This document shows positions 53,736-64,000 of a DNA stretch of 64,000 nt, piece after piece. Each line of letters begins with the position of its first letter. The first letter of the stretch is position 1. The position numbers and the translations under genes were made by a program. The notes under the pieces were generated by a model that saw only the letters and a program-made list of their open reading frames with translations, made no database searches and was not told where the DNA came from. The stretch lies in NCBI GenBank assembly GCA_964016885.1, contig OZ024742.1, positions 58,342,001 through 58,406,000 on the forward strand, written 5' to 3'. Source of the DNA: Eledone cirrhosa. Lineage: Eukaryota.

Positions 53736-54698
53736 ATAAGAGAAAGACAGGGTGTGATGCTGGAGGATGGAGAGGTATGTAATGTGTAAATCAGTCATTT
53801 ATCTCAGCTTGTTATGCAATGACAATAGGAGAGATGCGAATATTGATTCTAAAATTTGTATTAAATAATCCAGTGAAGATATTTAAATAGGGACAGGGTA
53901 GCGTAGGATAGGAGCTTGACTGCTGAAGTAACTTCAACTGTGATTGCACTCAAATGTACACAACGATGCTCCACCACCTCAACCCTACACCCGATCTCTC
54001 TCTCTCTGGCACAAGTTAATAACAGAGACAAGCAATCAAATTGTAAACTTCTTACTTAAAGTGTAAATTGTCAGTGAATTAGATAAGACGTTGAATTTGG
54101 CAGATTATTGTAGTAACTGTTGTTGCTGTTGTTGTTGTTGTTTTTTCATCCTCATGATCATCATCGTTATCATCATTACCATCATAATATATTAGTATTA
54201 TCATTATCATTATTATTATCATTATTATTGTTATTATTATGACTAGTTCAAGATAGGTGGTGGTATAAGGTGGCAGTGGTAAATGAGTGATAGCAATGTA
54301 TGAGGTGGAGGAAGGGGGAAGAGGTAGCATAGTGTGGAAGAGAAGAAGGAGATGGTGGTGGTAGTGATGGTGGTGGCAGTGGTAGAAATGTCTTTGATTG
54401 TTTCTCAATTCTTAGTAATTGTTCATCAGTGTCAGTATTATCCCTGTAACATTTTATACTTGGAAGTTAACAACATTGTTTCCAAAGGCCTCACTGTGGC
54501 CTTGGGAGTGATATATGTGTATGTATGTATGTATGTATGTATGTATGTATGTATGTATGTATGTATGTATGTATGTATGTATGTATGTATGCATGTATGT
54601 ATGTATGTAAGCATGTATGCATGCAGGTATGTATATATGTATATATATATAGTTAAATTTCCCTGCTGACACATATACATATGTACACACAGGCACAC

Positions 54699-54755
<57 letters not shown>

Positions 54756-54851
54756 CCTACACACACACACACATATATATATATAATATATATATATATA
54801 TATGTAAAATATATATATGATTTTATTTCTGAAGACGGCGTATATATGATT

Positions 54852-54997
54852 TTATTTCTGAAGACGGCGTATATATGTGTTGGTATGTATATTTAATCTT
54901 GATAGTTTGTATAATTTTGTATAATTTTGTACATAGATCTGTTGAATATGCATGCCAATTCTAACACATATATATCCTAGAAACGATCGTTAAATAA
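54852..54997 (+). ncRNA. Hammerhead motif with greatly extended stem II
   Basis: TTATTT-CTGAAGA-(~115 nt: TATATATGTGTT/AACACATATATA and GGTATGTATATT/AATATGCATGCC)-GAAA-CGATCG-TT-AAATAA. Confidence 0.6.
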
Positions 54998-55218
54998 TGA
55001 ACTTTTTTTGTTTAATATAAGGAACTGTTTCATTGTTTTATTCATTATTTGTTTAATATTTTATCTTGACTCTGTATACCGTTTATCTTTCACCGAAAGT
55101 AATTTTTCATTATATCTCTTCTTTCCATGATATCCGGAATACATTGAGTTCTTCATACGGATTGGACACTACCGTAAACTCTTGGTAGATTTATCTACAT
55201 ATATATATGTATATATAC

Positions 55219-55329
<111 letters not shown>

Positions 55330-55794
55330 TATATATGTATATATACATACATATATATATGCTGCATACATACATATATATATGCTGTATACATACATAT
55401 ATATATGCTGTATACATACATATATATATGCTGTATACATACATATAGGCATATCTATATACTAGTGAAACAGACTACTACATGTCTACAGATTTATGAA
55501 TTGTGAATTTTGAAAGCCTGGGTTAAAAGAGGATGTAGATTTTCGAGAATTAAGAGTAAATTTCCATTTGTGTAGGAAATGTAGATAAATTGTATGATCT
55601 CTCTACAGACAAGATGTTGGTGTGGCGGCGGTGGCATTTAAGTTAATTAGAAAACAAGTCATGGTTATCAATGTAGAAAACAAGTCATTCATAAATTTAA
55701 GTTTTATAATCAAATTTTTTTTCACCAACAAATATGACAGCTAATAGCGTTCTAGTGCCCGCAATTCTGTATTTTTACGTATATTGCGCATAGA

Positions 55795-56025
55795 TACGAG
55801 GGTTGACAAAGATACTCTCTAGGAATGTGACCAAATGAGGTTTATTTTTCAACATAGTCTCCCTTGCGTTCCACACACTTCTTCCATCGGTGTTGCAGTA
55901 CTGAGATCAATGTTTTCCTCGGTAGTGGCAGTTGTAGGACGTCCAGACATTGGGTCATCTTCAAGAATCCCCTATCCTTTCCTAAATTCGGCTGCCCACT
56001 TTTGCACGAAGGAAAATCGTGGTAC
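55795..56025 (-). mobile_element. Internally deleted mariner fragment
   Basis: LQHRWKKCVERKGDYVEK* and a TACGAGGG terminus. Confidence 0.75.
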
Positions 56026-56741
56026 AATATTGCAAGGTCTGCTTATATCATTATCCATCTTTCAAAAATGTAGGTCCACTTTCATCGACTTCAATACATT
56101 TTATTACATTTTATTGTATTGTAAACATTAACTTTTATGGAAATTTTATTACAAAATTTCAATTTAGTTCGATTTTTTGGAATTTATTTAACAAACATGG
56201 AAAAATAAGAAAAAGAATAAAATAAAAAAATAATTTGATTGCCTTTAATAAAGAGATAAATAGAGTGGAACTGATTTCCAGGTCATACTAATGAAACAAG
56301 GTTTTTTCCATTACTGATATTATCTGTCTGCCGCAAGTCCTGGTAGAAGATGCTACACGAACTAAAGTATTTTACTGAAGGACACAACATGCTGCAGGAT
56401 CGAAGAAACGAGCCCGTGACTTTATAATGGTTAGTCCAGTACCGTAACCCCTAAGGCATGTACCTTCACAGAGGAAAGGTAAATTATATTATAACAGATT
56501 AGATGGGTACTATGTTAGATATTACTGTCATATTATACCAAAGAGGAAGTGTGCTGTATAATAAACACTGATATCAGGTTGATTCAATAACTACCCGGTC
56601 CCAAATATGAACCCATGAACTTATGGTCGTCAGTCAAACACTTTAACCATTGTATGTATGTATACACGTATGGATGTATGTATGTATACATGTAGGTATG
56701 GATGGATGTATGTATACATGTATATATGTAAGTATGTATGC

Positions 56742-59200
56742 ATGTGAGAACAACTGGAAGGACTTCAGGAGCTCGGTCTATGAGGCTTCAGCAGAGGTCC
56801 TTGGCTTTGTCACAAGAAAACAAGGACTGGTTTGATGAGAATGACCAGGAGGTCAAGGCTCTGCTAGACAGAAAACAAAAGGCACTTGATGCAGTTCTTA
56901 AAGGTGGTGACAATTATGAGCGTTACAGACAGGTAAAGAAGGAAGTGCAGGTGAAACTCAGGGCTATGTAAAATACCTGGTGGAGCAACAAAGCAGATGA
57001 AGTTCAAGTGGCATCTGACGGCAACAATGTGAAACTGCTGCACTTTCTACTCACAGAGGTGTATGGCCCTTTCAGCTCTCCAGTGGCCCCTTTGAGATCG
57101 AAAGATGGCAAGCAATTACTGTGTGACCCAAAAGACACTCAACAGATAGAGAGATCACTTTGATGAGCTCTTAAACCAGGTTGATGATGATTTCATTTGT
57201 TCCATTCCTATTGAACCAGTGAAGCATATGAGATGGCTAATGTATCTTCTCTTGCAGAGGGGACTTCTGTTGTGCATAAGCTGAAATGTGGTAAGTCTCC
57301 TGGTATGGATGGTCTGAGTGGAGCGGTTTTGAAGTGTGGTGGTGAAAACTTCACGCAGCGCTTGACTGACCTCATGAAAATGGTGTGGGAAGATGAGAAT
57401 GTCCCACAAGAAGGATGCGCTCATGGTGATTCTCCATAAAGGAAAGGACAAATGTGGCAATTATCATGTCATATCCCTTTCAGTAGTTGGTAAAGTTGTG
57501 TCGAATATTGATGGATAGATTGATACCAAGAGTTGCTCTGAATGTGTTGCCTGAGTCTCAGTGTGGGTTCAGAAACAAAAGAGGAACAGTGGATATGATC
57601 GTTTCTGCTCGGCAGCTGCAAGAAAAGTGTATCGAACAATGTATGGACCTTTACCAGGTCTTTGTTGACTTGACAAAGGCCTTTGACACTGTCAATCGAA
57701 CTGCGTTGTGGGAAAAAAATCCAAGGTAGGGTAGAAGATTCTGCATATTTTCCATGATGACATGAAGGCTTTGGTCAGTATTGGTGGTAGCATCTCTGAA
57801 CCAATATCAGTTGAAAATGGAGTGAAGCAGGAGGACATTCCGGCTCCAACTCTGTTTTCCTTATATTTTACGATAGTGTTTCTCATGGCATTCAAATATT
57901 GTTCTCATGGGGTTTACATCAGGTATCGCACTTCAGGAAGGTTGTTCAACACCAGGCGCTTTGGTACAAACACAAAGGTATTAACATCGATAATCCGAGA
58001 GTTTTTGTATGCAGATGACTGCGATCTTTTTGCACACTCACAAAGTGACATGCAGCATATTATGAACTCTTTTTCTGCAGCTTGCAGCACTTTGGGCATC
58101 ACAATAAGCTTGGAAAAGACTGTTGTGATGTATCAGCCAGTACCTGGAAACGAGTACACTGCACCAAGTGTGTACGAGTACGGAAAGAGGCTGAAAGTTG
58201 CTGACAAGTTTGTTTACCTTGGTAGTACGTTGAACACTTCATGCATACATGATAATGAAATATCCTTAAGAATCAAGAAAGCCAGTGATGCTTTTGGACA
58301 GCTGCATCAACGTTTATGGTCCAGACGGGGTATCACTATCGAAACCAAGGTGAAAGTGCATCTGACTTGTGTCGTCTCCTCTTTACTTTATGTTTGTGAA
58401 ACGTGGGTCACATACAGAAAGCACCTCAAGGATCTGGAGAGATTTCACCAACAATCTCTTCATAAGTTACTTGGGGTGTGGTGGAAAATGTTTGCCAGTG
58501 ATTTGGAAGTTCTAGAACGGAACAGGTGCGTGGCTATAGAGAGCATAATCTTTCGGTATCGGTTGAGGTGGTGCAGTCACGTGGTTCGGATATCTGATGA
58601 TCGTATTCCAAAGCAACTTCTCTATGGAGAACTGTGTGAAGGAAGGCGACCACCACATAAACCAAAAAGGCGGTACCGGGACTGTATCAGGGGCACCTTG
58701 GCTTGTGCTGGAATTTCATCTGACGAATGGGAGAAAATGGCTGATGAGCGTGTGAAGTGGAGACGTTTGATCAAGTCAGGTGGTGAACAATTTGAAACTC
58801 GTCGGAGAGAACACCTAACACTGAAAAGGATGGTGAGGATTCAGACTGTTCTGAACTGCCTGCTGTTGAATATCATCTGGTTTGCCAGCACTGTGGTCGA
58901 GTCAGCCTGAGCAAAGTTGGTTTGATTAGACATGAACAAAGTCATATCAGTAGACCTCATGTAGATTATGATCTGAAAAGGTATAAGAAATCTACAAGCA
59001 TGGGAGGTGTTAAAAGATACATGTGAACATACAGCCAGAACAAAGCAATGGAAGGTTTCGGGGGAGCCTAAAGTTGCCATGTGTGTGCCAGAGGGTGCAA
59101 GTATTTGGCTGGTTTAAAGAGTCACATTTGTGCTTCACATTTTTGAACATTTTATTGCGCGATGGCAATACTTGAACACGAGTTTGCAGCCATCATGTAG
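56742..59200 (+). mobile_element. 5'-truncated RTE/BovB-like LINE, frameshifted
   Basis: DWFDEND, LPESQCGFR, FVDLTKAFDTVNR, GVKQ..APTLF, YADD, FVYLGS, PKQLLYGEL; (TATG)n tail. Confidence 0.92.
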
Positions 59201-59218
59201 TATGTATGTATGTATGTT

Positions 59219-59845
59219 GGGTCACTCTTGAGTGCTATTGGTAACATGTAACCCAGTACAACCTGTCGCATGGTCGGGTCGTCGGCGACTAAACCGGCAA
59301 CCCCACCAAGTTTACTTGGTGAGGAGGGTGATTTTGGACACTCTGCAGGACAAAAAACAAAACCTGACAAAGGGCGGAAGATCTCATAAGAGTCAACGGC
59401 CATCCAAAAGTGTGTAAATATGTATATACACATGTACATATGTATGTATATGTATATGTGTATATACATGAGTGCATGTGTATGTACATGCGCGGGGACA
59501 TAGAAATAATCGGGCTGGACACTCGATCGCGCAGTTAAACCACCGGGAGTGAAGGACCCCTAGCCTTTGTCAGGGCATTCTTCTAGGAAAAGGCAACTCA
59601 GGAAACTGGAATAACTCCGATAATAAACCTGCGGCTCAGTAGTTACTGATGATGTTGATATTTTCTTCTTTTCGGCTTATAGCTACTGTTGCTCAGAGAG
59701 TTGGATTGGCTCAGTGCACAGTCTTTCCTCATTTAAAAAAATATCTTCATGCACAGGCATTGCACGATAGAATTAATTAATAATTATTAATAATGGTATA
59801 TCTGCAATGGCCATATTCGATAACGAGGGGGCAGCCATCATGTAT
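59219..59845 (+). mobile_element. Second copy of the short HDV-headed, RTE-tailed element; microsatellite insert at ~59410-59490
   Basis: Homologous to 2742-3350; ends in GCAGCCATCATGTATG. Confidence 0.7.
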
Positions 59846-60061
59846 GCATGCATGCGTGTATGTATGTGTGTATATATATATGTGTGTGTGTTTGTATATA
59901 TATATATATATGTGCATGTGGGTGTGTATATATATATCTCCATATACATATTTATTCAGCTGATATAGGCTGGATTCGTTGGAATATTCTGACGCGAATT
60001 CTTTCTGCTCTGTTAAATCGAAACAAATCTTGACTTTTTATTTGAGGTTTTCTATATAAGA

Positions 60062-60700
60062 GACCGGGAGACCATGTTGATACTATGAAGGCCATTTGTC
60101 CTAAGCCGCCTGGACTATTGCTCCCAGCTGTGGTCACCTCATAGTATCAAACTAACCACGGAACTTGAGACAATCCAACGAAGCTACACCAAGAGGATTG
60201 CACGATGAAGGAGATGAGCTACTGGGAGAGGCTAAAAGAACTGAAACTCTACTCCTTGGAGCGAAGACGGGAGAGACACACAGTGATATACATATGGAAA
60301 ATCCTGGAGGGACTAGCGCCAAACTTTGGTATTGAGAGCGGGACCAACCCCCGAACAGGACGTCACTGTGTAGTGACAAGGGTCCCGTCTTCCACATCTA
60401 GAACAAGAAGCAGATATTGCAATAGACTGGGATTCAAAGGCCCTCAACTCTTCAACAAACTGCCGACGGATTTGAGAGATCTACATGGTGTGGCCGTGGA
60501 TATTTTCAAGAAACTTCTCGACACCCTGTTATCCAGGGTCCCGGATGAGCCCACATCACGGTACGAAGGTAACCTAAGGGCAGCAGCAATGAACTCCCTC
60601 TTACATCAATGGCCAGCCAATACAGGCTGGAGATAGAATGTGTAGCAACAAGGGCAGTGCCCAATCATGGTCTCAGCCGGATGGCTGGAACAGCTAAAAG
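60062..60700 (+). mobile_element. CR1-like LINE 3' fragment
   Basis: LDYCSQLWSP, YWERLKELKLYSLERRRER..WKILEG, LFNKLP. Confidence 0.85.
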
Positions 60701-60728
60701 AGTATATATATATATATTTAATATAGAA

Positions 60729-60782
60729 ATGGCTTCAACAGGACTAGATCTGTTTCATTCGGAGGAAATTATCAGAAAAGCC
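60729..60782 (-). ncRNA. Hammerhead motif with core mutation; same family as 36848-36940
   Basis: GGCTTTT-CTGATAA-TTTC CTCC GAAT-GAAA-CAG..CTG-TT-GAAGCC. Confidence 0.55.
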
Positions 60783-61063
60783 AACTGTCAATGTAATATG
60801 GTGGTATTTATACATTTTCTGGTGGTAGGGGACGGTAGTAAATTGATGCTAAGTAGACAAACACATACACACTGACAGGCACTCCTAATTTTCAAGATTC
60901 ATTTATTCCAAACAAACAAAGGGTTTTCATTGAGTCGCAATATTAAAATGCTCTGCTAAAAGATATGTTTGTGTATGTGTGTGTATATATATATGTGTGT
61001 GTGTGTTTGTGTATATATATATATGTGTGTGTGTTTGTATATATGTGTGTGTGTGTGTTTGTG

Positions 61064-61095
<32 letters not shown>

Positions 61096-61279
61096 CAAAT
61101 TTCAATAATATTAAGACACCCTAATGGGGTTAAACGCCCTATAGTAAAAAGTTTGGCCAATAAATGGAACAAGATTTTACGAACTCCTCCTATGGTTTTG
61201 GAGATAGACCCCCATAACCATATATATTCTGAAACTACATTGCCCAGGGTACTTGTATAAGTATATTTCATTTTAATCA

Positions 61280-61850
61280 AAGGGTTCATCGGGGGCACAA
61301 AACCGCTGCTGAAACTTTACCTTCGATTTATATGAAATTTAAACCATAGGTAAATGACAAGATATGATGCCTATTCACAAAATTTCAGCAAATTTCAATA
61401 AAATTAAAATATCCTAATGGGGGTTAAACCCCCTATTAGGGTTCACCGGTGGCACAAACCCCTGCTGAAAATGTTTTCCCTTCGATTTATATGCAATTTA
61501 AACCATAGGTAAACGACAAGATATGATGCCTATTCACATCATTTCAGCAAATTTCAATAAAATTACAATACCCTAATGGGGGTTAAACCCCCTATTAGGG
61601 TTCACCAGGGGGCACAAAATCCCCGCTGAAAACTTTTTCGGTTCGATTTATATGCAATTTAAACCATAGATAAATGAAGCGATATGATGCCTATTCACAA
61701 AATTTCAATACTATAAGACACCTTAATGGAGGTTAAACCCCCTAATAGGGTTTCCCGGGGGTACAAACCCCCGCTGAAAACTTTTCCCTTTCGATTTATA
61801 TGAAACTTAAACCATAGGTAAATGACAAGATATGATGCCTATTCACAAAA
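61280..61850. repeat. Diverged ~150-160 bp tandem repeat, ~4 units
   Basis: TTCGATTTATATG.AATTTAAACCATAGGTAAATGACAAGATATGATGCCTATTCAC recurs. Confidence 0.85.
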
Positions 61851-62137
61851 GTTTTCAATTGATATTTTGAAAAAAATTATTTACAAGAAACAAAATAAGA
61901 ATAAGATTTAATAATGCAATTTTGATTTGATATATTACAAAAAATGATGTTTTCCAATTGTTCATGCATTATATTTTACATTGAGTAATATTGAGTTTTT
62001 CTCCATAAATTATATCACTGATTTAAAATCAATCATCATTTTCTTACAAAAAAAATGTGTGAAACGCAGCAAGGCACTGGTAATTCGGTTAGTATATATA
62101 TATATGTGAGTGTGTGTATATATATGTGTGTGTGTGT

Positions 62138-63120
62138 GTGCTCATTATGTAGGAGAGGTGTAGGTAGAAACTCCATCCTCTGCCCCATATGCAAACTATG
62201 GGTACACAAGAGATGTAGTGGGATCTCAGGAAGTTTAGTTAAGAATGTAGGCTTTACATGTAGTAGTTGCACCAGGACAGTAAGCAGCAAACAATCACTG
62301 AAAACAAGTGACATCAAAGTCTGGGAGGACTTGTAAAAACAATACCGAATTAGCAGCGGAGGGGGGTGTTCTGAAAGAATGGGATGGAAGAAGTTGAGGG
62401 AGCTACTGCTACAGCTGGATACAAAAGGCTTTTCTCTCAGAATAAAAGGTAGACTGTATGATGTGTGCATATGAACGGAAATGTTGCATGGTAGTGAGAG
62501 CTGGGCGCTGTGTGTAGAAGACTTGCGTAGATTAGAAAGGAATGAAGCTTGTATGCTCCAATGGATGTGTAATAGTAATATACGCGAACAGCAAAGCATA
62601 AACAAACTGAAAGAGAAACTAGGCATAAGAGGAATCAAATGTTGTGTGCAGGAGAGGAGATTATGTTGGTATGGACATGTGATTCGCATGAAGGATGACA
62701 GCTACATAAAGTCCCAGAAAGACTTGAGATGAAGTGATAAAAGCCGACCTTGCCCAATTGCACCTCTGAAAGGCAATGACACAGGACCAAGAGCTCTGGC
62801 GTTATGAGGTAATACAGAAACCCCAACTTCCCACGGGCCCAGGCCAAAGCTGAAACATACATACAGTATGCACCACTCCATCCCACACACCAATATATCT
62901 TTCATGAGAACAGGCCGAAACACTGTAAAGTGGTCGTGATGGTGACACGGTAAAAAACACCCAGTCCACACTGTAAAGTAGTCGTGGAGGAATCACAACA
63001 AAAATCACCCAGTACTCACTGTAAATGAGCTTGGCATTAGGAAGGGCATCCAGCTGTAGAAACCAAGCCAAAATCAGTTCTTTATGAGCAAGACATGGTC
63101 ACCTGACCTAACATTGCCAA
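62138..63120 (+). mobile_element. Degenerate 3' part of the RTE family seen at 40.2-44.4 kb
   Basis: CSLCRRGVGRNSILCPICKLWVHKRCSG, MLHGSESW, 3' UTR. Confidence 0.85.
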
Positions 63121-63128
63121 CAATAGAA

Positions 63129-63495
63129 GGCACATGGCTCAGTGGTTAGAGCATTGGGCTTGCAATTGAAAGGTTGTGAGTTTAATTCTCGGACTGGGTG
63201 ATGTGTTGTTTCCTTGAGCAAGACACTTTATTTCACACTGCTCCAGTTTACTCAGTTGTAGAAATGAGATGATAGGACTGGGGTCCCTATCATTCCACTG
63301 CAAAGTGGTCGTGGAGGTGCCACGGCAAAAAAAACAAAACACCCAGCACTCACTGTAAATGAGGTTGGTGTTAGGAAGAGCATCCAGCCAGAATCAGTTC
63401 CCGTATGAGCAAGACAATGTCAGCCGACCGGACACTGCCCACAACAGGACAACCCATGCTAGCGTAGAAGAACTGACATAAAATGATGATGATGA
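63129..63495 (+). mobile_element. tRNA-derived Nin/Deu-like SINE with RTE tail
   Basis: GGCTCAGTGGTTAGAGC A box, core, TAGGAAGAGCATCCAGC and (GAT)n. Confidence 0.8.
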
Positions 63496-63564
63496 AATAT
63501 AACAGAGTTTTATAGCTTGCTTGAAACATTGATGAATAGGAAACACAAATTTAAATTTTGAAAA

Positions 63565-63900
63565 CCAAGTTGAGGGCCTTTGAACCCCAGGCTATTGCAA
63601 TAGCTGCTCCTGATTCTAGATGTGGAAGACGGGACCTTTGGTACCACACAGCGACGTCCTGTTCGAGAATTGGTCCAGCTCTCAATGCGAAAGTTTGGTC
63701 TTAGTCTCCCCAGGATTTTCCATATGTATATCATTGCATCTTTCTCCCATCTTCATTCCGAGGAGTAGAGTTTCAGTTCTTTTAGACTTTCCCAGTAGTT
63801 TATCTCCTTCATCGTGGCAACCTTCTTGGTGTAGGTTCATTGGATTGCTTCAAGCTCCATGGTTAGTTTGATACTATGGGGTGACCACAGCTGGGAGCAT
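63565..63900 (-). mobile_element. CR1-like fragment, same family as 60062-60700
   Basis: IYIWKILG..PNF.IES..RTGR.C.VPKV. Confidence 0.8.
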
Positions 63901-64000
63901 TCATCATCATTTCATTTTACGTCCACTTTTTCCCTGCTTGCAAGGGTGGGACGGGAACTGATTCTGGCTTGATTTCTACAGCTGGATGCCCTTCCTAACA

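Noticed and set aside
63129-63200. tRNA genes; also 12540-12612 and 52990-53070
   Set aside because: Degenerate tRNA heads fused to SINE cores and tails

Overview
AT-rich, repeat-saturated animal genomic DNA. The SINE and LINE families and the dense (AT)n/(ATAC)n tracts suggest a mollusc, probably an octopod cephalopod (inference). Most ORFs in the track are microsatellite artefacts. Recognisable content: a near full-length, frameshifted RTE LINE (40.2-44.4 kb), a 5'-truncated second RTE, RTE/CR1/CRE fragments, Penelope-like (PLE) GIY-YIG relics, Tc1/mariner relics, MITEs, SINEs, a 913-918 bp tandem array, and an internally deleted SNRNP40 copy behind a palindromic promoter. The most notable signal is an abundance of self-cleaving ribozyme motifs. 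(1) A 4.85 kb array of apparently identical 310-bp units each carries a minimal type I hammerhead (retrozyme-like, predicted 310-nt circRNA); the array ends in a snap-back inversion and lies within (AT)n. (2) At least seven further, sequence-distinct hammerhead motifs sit in PLE-type termini. (3) HDV-like folds lie at the 5' ends of the RTE LINE and of a short non-autonomous RTE-tailed element. All folds and family assignments were made by eye, without database searches.
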